Source: Lutibacter sp. (GTDB taxonomy: Bacteria; Bacteroidota; Bacteroidia; Flavobacteriales; Flavobacteriaceae). Taken from it: a DNA stretch of 57,611 nucleotides. The stretch is taken from assembly GCA_015662775.1 (NCBI GenBank), contig DQTL01000173.1:1-57611 (forward strand). Direction: 5' to 3'. Below, piece by piece: positions 8,971 through 18,285 of this stretch; positions within the stretch are counted from its first letter, which is position 1, and each line of letters starts with the position of its first letter. Under the pieces are notes generated by a model that was not told the origin of the DNA, searched no databases, and worked only from the letters and a program-made list of their open reading frames with translations. A program made the translations under genes and the position numbers.

Positions 8971-10680
8971 CTAAAACCCAACAGCTGCATCATCACCTCT
9001 AGGATCAGCACCACCTTCTAGTTTTTCATTCGGTAAAACTAATATGGCATCTACTTTTCCTATTACTACAGAATTGCTTTCATCAATTTTATAGCCTTTG
9101 TTTTTAAGGTTACTTTTTGTTTCCTCATCAAAACCATTAGGTTCTATTTTCACAACATCTGGTAACCATTGGTGGTGAAATCTAGGTTTACTAACTGATT
9201 CTTGCATACCCATATTATATTCTGAAACATTGAGAATATTTTGTAAAACAGAAGTTATGATTGTAGAACCTCCTGGCGAACCCAAAACCATCAATAGTTT
9301 ACCATTTTTCTCGACAATCGTTGGTGTCATGGAACTTAACATACGCTTTTCTGGAGCTATGGCATTTGCCTCGGCACCAACTAGTCCGAACATATTTGGC
9401 ACACCTGGTTTGGCACTAAAATCATCCATTTCATTATTTAAAAAGAAGCCTCCTTTTTCTACATATACTTTAGAGCCATAAGCTCCATTTAAAGTTGTAG
9501 TTACGGCAATAGCATTTCCAAATTGATCTACAATGGAGTAATGTGTTGTTTCATCACTTTCGTAAGCCTTAATTTTTCCAAAGGAAATAGCTGAAGATTT
9601 ATTCGCTTGATTCCAATTAAAACTTGCCATTCTTTTTTCTAAGTAATTGTTATCTATTAAACTATCTAATGGAACAGCAACAAAATCAATATCACCTAAA
9701 TAGTGAGATCTATCGGCATAAGCACGTCGTTCTGCTTCGGTTAGTAACTGTATATATTTTTCAGAATTATGTGCATATTGTCCAATATTATAAGGTTCAA
9801 TGCTTTTAAGTATTTGAGCCATACAAATTCCACCACTTGAAGGTAATGTCATTGATGTAATCGTTAAATCTTTATAGGTAAACTGAATAGGTTTCCTCCA
9901 TTTAGCCTCATATTTATTTAAATCTTCCTGGGTAATAATTCCTCCTAATTCTTGTAGGTAATCAATCATTTCCTGACCCGTTTGACCTTTATAAAATTCG
10001 TCACGACCATTGTCTCTGATACGTTTTAATGTTTTTGCAAGAGCCAAGAACTTTATGGTATCACCTGCTTTCCAATCTTTATCTAACGCTATAGTTCTAT
10101 TATTTGCTTCTCTAAAAAGTTCTCTATATTTTTCTAATCTTTTTGCTTGTTTTACAGTAACTACAACTCCTCTATTTGCCAAATCAATGGCAGGTTGAAT
10201 TAGCTTTTCAAATGGAAGTGTTCCAAATTTTTTATGTACCGCAAACAAACCTGCTATAGTTCCTGGAACACCTATTGCAACAGCACCTAATGTGCTTTTT
10301 CCTTCAATAATTTCTTTTGCATCATTTAAATACATGTCTTTAGTAGCCGCCAATGGTGCTTTTTCACGATAATCTAAAGCCCCTGTTTTACCATCTGAAG
10401 TTCGATAAACCATAAAGCCACCACCACCAATATTTCCTGCAAAAGGATAAGCTACAGTTAATGCTAAATCAGTTGCTATCATGGCATCAAATGCTGTTCC
10501 ACCTTCTTTAAGAATATCAATCCCTATTTGAGAAGCCTCTTCTCTTGCACTGACGATTAAAGCTTTATCAGCAACATACCCTATTGTTTTTTCTTTTTTA
10601 GCACTATATTTTGTACTATTTTTACATGAAATAGTTAAAACTAGTACTGTAAAAACTAGTATATACAGTTTGGTTTTCAT
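8971..10680 (-). CDS. ggt: gamma-glutamyltransferase, probable lipoprotein
   Basis: ETTHYSIVDQFGNA (autoprocessing Thr nucleophile) and GSPGGSTIITSVLQ motifs. The internal start MKTKLYILVFTVLVLTISC gives a signal peptide with a lipobox and removes the overlap with acpH. Confidence 0.92.
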   Translation of the reverse strand: MKTKLYILVFTVLVLTISCKNSTKYSAKKEKTIGYVADKALIVSAREEASQIGIDILKEGGTAFDAMIATDLALTVAYPFAGNIGGGGFMVYRTSDGKTGALDYREKAPLAATKDMYLNDAKEIIEGKSTLGAVAIGVPGTIAGLFAVHKKFGTLPFEKLIQPAIDLANRGVVVTVKQAKRLEKYRELFREANNRTIALDKDWKAGDTIKFLALAKTLKRIRDNGRDEFYKGQTGQEMIDYLQELGGIITQEDLNKYEAKWRKPIQFTYKDLTITSMTLPSSGGICMAQILKSIEPYNIGQYAHNSEKYIQLLTEAERRAYADRSHYLGDIDFVAVPLDSLIDNNYLEKRMASFNWNQANKSSAISFGKIKAYESDETTHYSIVDQFGNAIAVTTTLNGAYGSKVYVEKGGFFLNNEMDDFSAKPGVPNMFGLVGAEANAIAPEKRMLSSMTPTIVEKNGKLLMVLGSPGGSTIITSVLQNILNVSEYNMGMQESVSKPRFHHQWLPDVVKIEPNGFDEETKSNLKNKGYKIDESNSVVIGKVDAILVLPNEKLEGGADPRGDDAAVGF

Positions 10681-10690
10681 AAAATTGTAT

Positions 10691-11296
10691 TTACTTATTT
10701 CCATAATGTTGGTGTAATGTTTTTAATGTTTTATTGGAATGTTCTTTTAGTAAAGGGAAAAAAATATTGAAATCTTCATTTAGTAAATCAAATTTCTCTT
10801 CCAAATCAATGACACCCATTGAAAGTGGAATATCATGCTTTATTATACTTTCCATACCTTTTAGTACTCGCCCAATTCCTGCTATACTTTTATAGCTAGA
10901 AAACCAATCTTTAGAAATGAGTTTAGGGATTATAATATTAATTTCATCTGGTACGGATACTTTATTGTTTAATAGGTTTTCATAGAAATTGGTGATAAAA
11001 CCATCAAGTGGTTCATTGGAATATGTACTCCAATTCACACATAAAAAGTGATCGTATAAAATATCTATAATTACGCCTGCATAATGACCGTATCTTGGGT
11101 GCAATCGTTTTTTACTTTGATGTGCAATTTTATGTACATCTGTAAAACTATCAATTTGTCTATGCAGCAATAATCCTTTTCGAATAGAAATAGGATAATT
11201 TTGATAGTCTTTACCTTTGACAGCGTCACCAATAAAATTACCTAATTGTATGTCTTTATTAGCTCCTGATAGCAATATATGAGCTAAGTAATTCAT
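10691..11296 (-). CDS. acpH: acyl carrier protein phosphodiesterase
   Basis: MNYLAHILLSG N-terminus and ~200 aa length are characteristic of AcpH. Confidence 0.8.
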   Translation of the reverse strand: MNYLAHILLSGANKDIQLGNFIGDAVKGKDYQNYPISIRKGLLLHRQIDSFTDVHKIAHQSKKRLHPRYGHYAGVIIDILYDHFLCVNWSTYSNEPLDGFITNFYENLLNNKVSVPDEINIIIPKLISKDWFSSYKSIAGIGRVLKGMESIIKHDIPLSMGVIDLEEKFDLLNEDFNIFFPLLKEHSNKTLKTLHQHYGNK

Positions 11297-12417
11297 GAGT
11301 TTTTATTTTGTGTGATTGCATCAACATTGCTTGATAATAAGGACATCATTAGGAAAGGCACACAAAAAATAAAGTACGAAATATCTATCATCTTTGTTGC
11401 TGCCTCTATTGAAAAATCATATTTATAAAACTGATAAGCAATATAAACTAGTACAGTAATAAAGAAAACGATACTCGAATAAAAAAACTTATCAGCTCTA
11501 TTTTTCACCAAAAAAGAGAATAATAAAGCTAAGCCTATAAAGATAATTGTAAAAAACTTTGGAACAAAAAATGAAGATTGAATTATAAAAGGATTCATCT
11601 CAAAAAAATCATTCTTAAAGAATAATATCAAAGGTAAAAAAGTAATACCAAAAGAGATAAAAGCTATGAATAGATACACAAATAACCGTTTAAATTTAAT
11701 CTCTTTATTTAACAAATCTGGCAAAAAAAAGAGAATATAAGCTAATACATATATACTTCTGGTTGATAAAAGAAAACCCGTTAATAATGCCAAAACGAAA
11801 AACTTATACTTTTCACCAACTTTTATATTCTTAAATTCATTAAGAACTAACAAAACCAACATCGTAAAAGTAAGTATATTACTTCTAGTTATTATTTCCC
11901 AGAACATAAAAAGAGAAGTAATACTAAAGAAGTATAAAAAATTAACATACTTAGTATTTGATTTCTTAACCACATAAAGCATTAACAAATAACCTATTGC
12001 ACTTAAAATATTTAACTCTCCTATAAAATAAAATGGCATGGCAACAAGAAAATAAGCAGGCATTGGACCTGGCAAATTCCCAACATTTGATTTGGCATAA
12101 TACGGATAATTACCATTAAATATTTCACTAATAAAAGCATCAATAATACTCCATCTATCAACATTTATTGATTCTACGGGAATTTTAAAATGAACTAAAA
12201 AAGCAAAACCAATGATGGAAATAAGAATTGAATAAAAAAAGATATTTTTTAAACTTTCAGAAAACGTAAACCTTTTCCCGTATTTATAGGCTAAAAATTG
12301 AACTATAAATAATGTACTTGCTAAAAAAATTGCAAATTCTGAATATCTAGAAGAATAAGTATAAAGAAAAATAAAGTTAATAAAAAGTAAGATAAATACT
12401 ACTGCTATATTTTTCAT
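11293..12417 (-). CDS. polytopic integral membrane protein, function unknown (GT-C-like glycosyltransferase fold possible)
   Basis: 374 aa, about 10 or more hydrophobic segments, 4-nt ATGA overlap with acpH. No catalytic motif that I can name. Confidence 0.6.
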   Translation of the reverse strand: MKNIAVVFILLFINFIFLYTYSSRYSEFAIFLASTLFIVQFLAYKYGKRFTFSESLKNIFFYSILISIIGFAFLVHFKIPVESINVDRWSIIDAFISEIFNGNYPYYAKSNVGNLPGPMPAYFLVAMPFYFIGELNILSAIGYLLMLYVVKKSNTKYVNFLYFFSITSLFMFWEIITRSNILTFTMLVLLVLNEFKNIKVGEKYKFFVLALLTGFLLSTRSIYVLAYILFFLPDLLNKEIKFKRLFVYLFIAFISFGITFLPLILFFKNDFFEMNPFIIQSSFFVPKFFTIIFIGLALLFSFLVKNRADKFFYSSIVFFITVLVYIAYQFYKYDFSIEAATKMIDISYFIFCVPFLMMSLLSSNVDAITQNKNS

Positions 12418-12518
12418 AATAATACTAACTGATATTTTTTAAACCTGTTTTTAAACAGAAAAAGATAATCTATCTAATAGTCAGTAAAAAATAATACGAA
12501 TAGAAAAAAAAGTAAAAC

Positions 12519-13640
12519 CTAGTTATTTAACATAACAGGCATTACTAACATCAATATATCTTCACCATCTTCTTTTCCATCAATTGGCGTTAAGATTCCT
12601 GCTCTATTTGGTACGGACATTTCTATCAATATTTCATCAGAGCTCAAGTTATTAAGCATTTCTAAAAGAAAACGAGAGTTAAAACCAATTTGCATATCAT
12701 CACCTTCGTAATTACATGTTAAACGTTCGTCTGCTTTATTTGAAAAGTCAACATCTTCAGCTGAAATATTCAACTCAGTTCCTGCCATTTTTAAACGAAT
12801 TTGATGTGTAGATTTACTAGAAAAAATTGAAGCTCTACGTACCGAATTTAAAAATGATGCACGATTAACAATTAATTTATTTGGGTTTTCTTTTGGGATA
12901 ACCGCATCATAATTAGGGTATTTACCATCAATTAATCTACAAGTCAAAGAGATTTCATCAAAGCTAAATTTTGCATTAGTCTCGTTATATTCTATCTCAA
13001 CATCACTTTCGGCACTCCCTAAAATTCCTTTTAAAATATTTAAAGGTTTTTTTGGCATAATAAACTCCGCAGCTTCAGTATTACTTAAATCTGTGCGTGT
13101 ATATTTCACTAATTTATGTGCATCAGTTGCAACAAAAGTTAATTCTTCTGGAGTAAATTGAAAAAAGACACCACTCATTACAGGTCTTAAATCGTCATTA
13201 CCAGCTGCAAAAACAGTATGTGTAATAGCTGTAGCCAATATATCACTTGTAATAATCGTCTTACTTGGAGACTCTAAAGTTACCGTTTGAGGAAAATCAT
13301 CTCCGTTGTAATACGCCATATCATACTTACCATGTTCTGAACTTATTTCAATTGTATTGTTTTCTTCATTGACAATAAAAGTCAAGGGTTGTTCAGGAAA
13401 TGTCTTTACTGCATCTAACAATAACCTAGCATTTAAAGCTATAATTCCCTGATATTCAGACTGCACAGAGATAGAACTACTCATTATTGTTTCAATATCA
13501 GAAACCGTAATTTTAAGTTGATCTTCTGTTAATTCAAATAAGAAATTATCTAAAATAGGTAAGGTATTATTAGTATTAACAACACCTACTAATACTTGTA
13601 ATTGTTGTAATAATTGTGAACTGGATACAATAAACTGCAT
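12519..13640 (-). CDS. dnaN: DNA polymerase III beta sliding clamp
   Basis: MQFIVSSSQLLQQLQ...LPILDNFLFEL...ATDAHKLV...LMPVMLN pattern over 373 aa. Confidence 0.95.
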   Translation of the reverse strand: MQFIVSSSQLLQQLQVLVGVVNTNNTLPILDNFLFELTEDQLKITVSDIETIMSSSISVQSEYQGIIALNARLLLDAVKTFPEQPLTFIVNEENNTIEISSEHGKYDMAYYNGDDFPQTVTLESPSKTIITSDILATAITHTVFAAGNDDLRPVMSGVFFQFTPEELTFVATDAHKLVKYTRTDLSNTEAAEFIMPKKPLNILKGILGSAESDVEIEYNETNAKFSFDEISLTCRLIDGKYPNYDAVIPKENPNKLIVNRASFLNSVRRASIFSSKSTHQIRLKMAGTELNISAEDVDFSNKADERLTCNYEGDDMQIGFNSRFLLEMLNNLSSDEILIEMSVPNRAGILTPIDGKEDGEDILMLVMPVMLNN

Positions 13641-13664
13641 TTTTATAGTTTTTTAAAAGTCTTG

Positions 13665-13672
13665 CAAATTTA
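13665..13672 (-). promoter_or_regulatory. -7 promoter box TAAATTTG for dnaN
   Basis: Reverse complement of caaattta, 25 nt upstream of ATG 13640. Confidence 0.45.
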
Positions 13673-13948
13673 ACTAAATTTCTTGATTTAGTAGAAACTT
13701 AATTTAAAAAGAGAATTAATGTTCAATAAAAAAAGACAAGACCGCTTCGCTTAAAGAATAAAGAGAAAAGACTATTCAGGCAATATTTTGAAATTGAGCC
13801 TGTTATACTACAATCTTTCTATACTATTAAAATATTTTAAAAATTAATACTATTAATTCAATATCATTACGACTTACTTAGAGATTTCAATAAACTTTTT
13901 AAAAAATATAAGTAGTCTTTAATTAAGCTAACACTTCAAAAATATCCT

Positions 13949-13956
13949 TACTTTTG
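13949..13956 (+). promoter_or_regulatory. -7 promoter box TACTTTTG
   Basis: TAnnTTTG match ending 5 nt before the track start 13961. The transcript would start at or after that ATG, which favours ATG 13979. Confidence 0.5.
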
Positions 13957-13978
13957 TAACATGCAAGAAAACTATAAA

Positions 13979-15130
13979 ATGTTAGCCACTACTCTATTCG
14001 GTTTAGAAGAGGTGTTAGCTAAAGAACTACTTATATTAGGTGCCCAACAAATTAAAGTTGGAAACAGAAATGTTTCATTTTTAGGCGATAAAGGCTTTAT
14101 GTATAAAGCTAATTTAGCTTTAAGAACTGCTGTACGTATTCTAAAACCTATTCGTAGTTTTAGTGTAGTTGATGAAAAAAGTTTATACAACAAATTAAAG
14201 AATATACCTTGGGACAAATACCTACAATCAAATGGCTCCTTTGTTATCAATGCGGTTGTTAATTCCGATAATTTTACAAGTAATTCTCATTATATTTCAT
14301 TAAAATCTAAAGATGCAATAGTCGATTTTTTTCGTGATAAATATGACGAAAGACCCGATATAGATTTAAAACATCCTGATGTAAGAATTCACGTACACAT
14401 ACAACACACTACTTGTACAGTTTCATTAGACAGCTCGGGTGATTCTTTGCATAAAAGAGGTTACAGGACTGACACAAATATTGCTCCAATAAACGAAGTT
14501 TTAGCAGCTGGTTTGGTTCTGCTGTCTGGATATGATGGTGGCACACATCTACTTGATCCTATGTGTGGTAGTGGCACTTTACTAATAGAAGCAGCAATGA
14601 TTGCTGCAAAAATCCCTGCAAATATAAATAGACCTGAGTTTGGTTTTGAAAAATGGAGAGATTATGATAATGCTTTGTTTGAACTAATTCATGATTCCCT
14701 TTTAAAACGAGTTCAAGAACCAAGATTAAAAATTATGGGCTTTGATAAAGCTCCTTCAGCTATTAGAAAAGCAAAAGAAAATATTGAAAATGCTAATTTA
14801 TCTGACTTTATTAAAACCTTTCAAATAGACTTTTTTGAATCGGAAAAACAAATAAAAGGACCTTTAACAATCTTATTTAACCCACCATACGGTGAACGTT
14901 TAAAAATAGATGTTGAAACATTTTACAAAAGCATTGGTGACACCTTAAAAACAAGTTATAAAAACACAAATGCTTGGTTTATCACTGCAAACATGGAAGC
15001 CTTAAAACATGTTGGACTTCGAACTTCTAGAAAAATTCCGTTGAAAAACGCACATTTAGATAGTAAATTTGTAAAGTATGAAATATATGAAGGAACTAGG
15101 AGATTTGGCGATAAAGAAAAGAGGTTATAG
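13979..15130 (+). CDS. THUMP-domain class I SAM-dependent RNA methyltransferase (RlmL/YpsC-like)
   Basis: MLATTLFGLEEVLAKEL N-terminus, SAM motif DPMCGSGTLLIEAA, catalytic NPPYGERL. An alternative start lies at 13961. Confidence 0.88.
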   Translation: MLATTLFGLEEVLAKELLILGAQQIKVGNRNVSFLGDKGFMYKANLALRTAVRILKPIRSFSVVDEKSLYNKLKNIPWDKYLQSNGSFVINAVVNSDNFTSNSHYISLKSKDAIVDFFRDKYDERPDIDLKHPDVRIHVHIQHTTCTVSLDSSGDSLHKRGYRTDTNIAPINEVLAAGLVLLSGYDGGTHLLDPMCGSGTLLIEAAMIAAKIPANINRPEFGFEKWRDYDNALFELIHDSLLKRVQEPRLKIMGFDKAPSAIRKAKENIENANLSDFIKTFQIDFFESEKQIKGPLTILFNPPYGERLKIDVETFYKSIGDTLKTSYKNTNAWFITANMEALKHVGLRTSRKIPLKNAHLDSKFVKYEIYEGTRRFGDKEKRL

Positions 15131-15272
15131 GCAAATGGATAAAGGAAAAAGTCAATTGTTGATAAGCCGACATGAAAATGAAATGATGAATTAATGATTC
15201 AACTAAACACATCAACGAATAAACAGATTTAAACAAGCTAAAATAGTTCATTTTTAAACAAACAATAAATCA

Positions 15273-16130
15273 TTGAATAAAAACAACATAAAAAGAAAAC
15301 CAGAATGGTTAAAGGTTAAGCTTCCAACTGGGAAAAGATATACTTCGTTGCGTAAGCTTGTTAGTGATTACAAGCTAAATACTATTTGCACAAGTGGTAG
15401 TTGCCCGAATATGGGCGAATGTTGGACAGAAGGCACGGCTACCTTTATGATTTTAGGAAATATTTGCACACGTTCTTGTGGATTTTGTGGTGTGCAAACA
15501 GGTAGACCTCATTCTGTAGATTGGTCAGAGCCCGATAAAATAGCCAAATCCATAAAATTAATGGAGTTAAAACATGCGGTGATTACTTCTGTTGATCGTG
15601 ATGATTTAGAAGATATGGGTTCTATTATTTGGGCAGAAACTGTACAAGCAATCAGACGTGAAAACCCAAATACAACTTTAGAAACACTTATTCCTGACTT
15701 TCAAGGCGTACATAAAATATTAGATCGTATTATTGCTGTTAAGCCAGAAATTGTTTCGCATAACCTAGAAACAGTCAGACGTTTAACTCGTGAAGTAAGA
15801 ATACAGGCAAAATATGATCGAAGCCTTAGCGTATTAAAATATTTAAAAGATGCTGGTTTACCTAGAACCAAATCAGGTATTATGTTGGGTTTAGGTGAAA
15901 CCCAAGAAGAAGTGCTTCAAAGCTTACAAGACTTGGCAGCTAATAAAGTAGATATTGTTACAATCGGTCAATACTTACAACCTACCAAAAAGCATTTACC
16001 TGTAGTAGAATACGTCACTCCCGAACAATTCAATTTTTACAAAAAAGAAGCCTTAAAAATGGGTTTCCGTCATGTAGAAAGTGGAGCTTTAGTTCGTTCC
16101 TCATATCGAGCACATAAGCATTTGGAATAA
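15273..16130 (+). CDS. lipA: lipoyl synthase
   Basis: KPEWLKVKLP, CTSGSCPNMGECW and radical-SAM CTRSCGFC cysteine clusters. Apparent TTG start. Confidence 0.95.
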   Translation: MNKNNIKRKPEWLKVKLPTGKRYTSLRKLVSDYKLNTICTSGSCPNMGECWTEGTATFMILGNICTRSCGFCGVQTGRPHSVDWSEPDKIAKSIKLMELKHAVITSVDRDDLEDMGSIIWAETVQAIRRENPNTTLETLIPDFQGVHKILDRIIAVKPEIVSHNLETVRRLTREVRIQAKYDRSLSVLKYLKDAGLPRTKSGIMLGLGETQEEVLQSLQDLAANKVDIVTIGQYLQPTKKHLPVVEYVTPEQFNFYKKEALKMGFRHVESGALVRSSYRAHKHLE

Positions 16131-16229
16131 TAGTGTTAGTTGTTAATCTATGGCAGAACTCCATTGACAGTCTTTGGCATTCAGGCTACAGTCTACATTT
16201 GGTTATGATGACTAGATTATAATTAAAAT

Positions 16230-16257
16230 TGAGAACTGAGAACTGAGAACTGAGAAC
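16230..16257. repeat. perfect tandem heptamer (TGAGAAC)x4
   Basis: Read directly: tgagaac tgagaac tgagaac tgagaac, intergenic, 42 nt upstream of the sigma-54 -24 element. Confidence 0.95.
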
Positions 16258-16299
16258 AAAACACCTATTTAACATCCTATTAACACATAATAATATTCT

Positions 16300-16315
16300 T
16301 GGCACATGCTTTGCA
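16300..16315 (+). promoter_or_regulatory. sigma-54 (RpoN) -24/-12 promoter, exact consensus
   Basis: TGGCAC-atgct-TTGCA equals TGGCAC-N5-TTGCW with correct spacing. Confidence 0.6.
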
Positions 16316-16325
16316 TACTAACTAA

Positions 16326-16420
16326 TACAAAGTAATTAGATTTACTTTTCATTGTAATAAATATTTGGTTAGTTAAGCAAAGCTCTCATTTTACTCAAAA
16401 GATGGGGGCTTTGTTATTTG
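16326..16420 (+). ncRNA. candidate ~95-nt RpoN-dependent small RNA, or terminated leader of the ABC operon
   Basis: Bounded by the sigma-54 promoter (predicted TSS ~16326) and a strand-specific intrinsic terminator. Internal pairings: TAACTAA/TTAGTTA and TACAAAGTAA/TTACT..TTGTA. No ORF. Confidence 0.3.
16377..16420 (+). terminator. intrinsic terminator-like hairpin, plus-strand specific
   Basis: CAAAGCTCTCAT (16378-16389) pairs with ATGGGGGCTTTG (16402-16413): 12 bp including 2 G-U pairs, which would be C-A mismatches on the other strand. 12-nt loop, followed by TTATTTG. Confidence 0.5.
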
Positions 16421-16520
16421 TGTAAACTAGTGTTAATCTGAACTTTATATAATGGTTAACAAATATTTGTAACAATCCATTTACCTTATCGTCTTATTAA
16501 AAACAAAAATTAATTATACA

Positions 16521-17420
16521 TTGGAAACAATCTTACAACTCAACCAGCTTCATAAAAATTACGGAAATGTTCATGCTGTCAATGATTTATCTTTCTCCAT
16601 AAAGAAAGGTAATGTTTATGGCATATTAGGTCCTAATGGAAGTGGCAAATCAACAACTTTAGGCATTGTTTTAAACGTCGTGAATGCCACTTCTGGAAGT
16701 TTTAGCTGGTTTGATGGAACAAAAAGCACGCATGAGGCTTTAAAAAAAGTAGGAGCTATTATTGAGCGTCCTAATTTTTACCCGTATATGACTGCTTTTC
16801 AAAATTTACAATTAGTTTGCAAAATCAAAGGGATTTCTGAAGATAGGATTGATGAAAAGTTAGAAGCTGTTAATTTATTTGAACGTAAGAATTCTAAATT
16901 TAAAACTTTTTCATTGGGTATGAAACAACGCTTAGCTATTGCCTCTGCCCTACTCAACGACCCAGAAGTTTTAATATTAGATGAACCCACAAATGGATTA
17001 GACCCTCAAGGAATTCACGAAATTAGAGCAATAATCCAAAAGATAGCATCAAATGGCACTACAATCTTACTTGCTTCACATTTATTAGATGAAGTTGAAA
17101 AAGTTTGTTCGCATGTAATTGTCTTAAGAGAAGGACAAAAATTGTATGAAGGTCGCGTTGATGAAATGACAACTACTTTTGGAATTATTGAGGTAAAAAC
17201 AGAAAATGGTTTGGAAGTTTTGGAAGAACTTCTAAAGGGATATGATGGCATAGCTTCAATTAAAAATGAAAACAACATGCTTATATGTTCATTGAATAAA
17301 AACATTACAGCTATGGAGATTAATCAATATCTGTTTAACAATGGAATTACAATTTCTCATCTTAGAAAACGTAAACCTACTTTAGAACAACAATTTTTAG
17401 ACCTTACCAAAAATAATTAG
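16521..17420 (+). CDS. ABC transporter ATP-binding protein
   Basis: Walker A GPNGSGKST, signature FSLGMKQRL, Walker B LILDEPTNGLD. TTG start. Confidence 0.92.
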   Translation: METILQLNQLHKNYGNVHAVNDLSFSIKKGNVYGILGPNGSGKSTTLGIVLNVVNATSGSFSWFDGTKSTHEALKKVGAIIERPNFYPYMTAFQNLQLVCKIKGISEDRIDEKLEAVNLFERKNSKFKTFSLGMKQRLAIASALLNDPEVLILDEPTNGLDPQGIHEIRAIIQKIASNGTTILLASHLLDEVEKVCSHVIVLREGQKLYEGRVDEMTTTFGIIEVKTENGLEVLEELLKGYDGIASIKNENNMLICSLNKNITAMEINQYLFNNGITISHLRKRKPTLEQQFLDLTKNN

Positions 17421-17447
17421 ACTTTTTCTAAACTTTAAATTCATACA

Positions 17448-18281
17448 ATGTTTCGATTACTTCAAATAGAATTAAAAAAAATACAACACAACAAAGCAAG
17501 TAAGACACTAATTATCATATACTTCTTCTTGCTTAGTTCAATTGCACTTGTTGCGGCAATAAAATTTGATATTGGTCCTATTAAATTCCATTTAGCAGAA
17601 CAAGGAATTTTTAATTTTCCATATGTATGGCATTTAAACACGTATCTAGCAGCAGGTTTTAAATTCTTTTTACTACTTGTCATTGTTTCGATGATGGCTA
17701 ATGAATACAGTAACAGAACATTAAAACAGAATTTAATTGATGGCTTAAGCAAAAAAGAATTTGTGTTGTCTAAGTTTTACACTGTTATTCTTTTTGCATT
17801 TATATCTACTTTATTTGTTGGAATAACTTCTTTAGTGCTAGGGCTTATTTATTCTGATTTTAATGAAATTGCTATCATCACTACAGATTTAGAATACCTT
17901 TTAGCCTATTTTATAAAGCTCGTTGGTTTCTTTTCTTTTGGATTATTTTTAGGAGTTTTAATTAAACGATCTGCTTTTGCGGTAGGTGCTATGCTAGTTT
18001 GGTCATTTATTGAAGCAATTGCAATGGGATTACTGAAATGGAAGTTTGATATGAAAGATTCCTACGAAAGTATTGCTCAATTCTTTCCATTAAACTCTAT
18101 GATGAATCTGATAAAAGAACCCTTTACAAGATTTAACGCAATAAAAACTGCAGCAAGTCAATTAGGTGAAGAAGTTACCAAAGATTTTTCTGTACAATTT
18201 CAAGATATTAGCATTGTACTAATCTGGACTGTAATATTTATTTATTTAAGTTATTATTTGATAAAGAAGAGAGATTTGTAA
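17448..18281 (+). CDS. ABC-2 family transporter permease
   Basis: 277 aa with six hydrophobic segments, immediately downstream of the ATPase. Confidence 0.75.
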   Translation: MFRLLQIELKKIQHNKASKTLIIIYFFLLSSIALVAAIKFDIGPIKFHLAEQGIFNFPYVWHLNTYLAAGFKFFLLLVIVSMMANEYSNRTLKQNLIDGLSKKEFVLSKFYTVILFAFISTLFVGITSLVLGLIYSDFNEIAIITTDLEYLLAYFIKLVGFFSFGLFLGVLIKRSAFAVGAMLVWSFIEAIAMGLLKWKFDMKDSYESIAQFFPLNSMMNLIKEPFTRFNAIKTAASQLGEEVTKDFSVQFQDISIVLIWTVIFIYLSYYLIKKRDL

Positions 18282-18285
18282 ACTC

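Noticed and set aside
13641-13960. Replication origin next to dnaN.
   Set aside because: I could find no TTATCCACA-like DnaA boxes and dnaA is not adjacent. The spacer is explained by two divergent promoters.
16138-16439. AGT(T)GTTAATCT direct repeats flanking the lipA-ABC spacer, as possible MITE target-site duplications.
   Set aside because: This is an 11-12-nt AT-rich match with an indel. By rough estimate, a match of this quality within a 390-nt AT-rich region is not unlikely by chance. No terminal inverted repeats are present.
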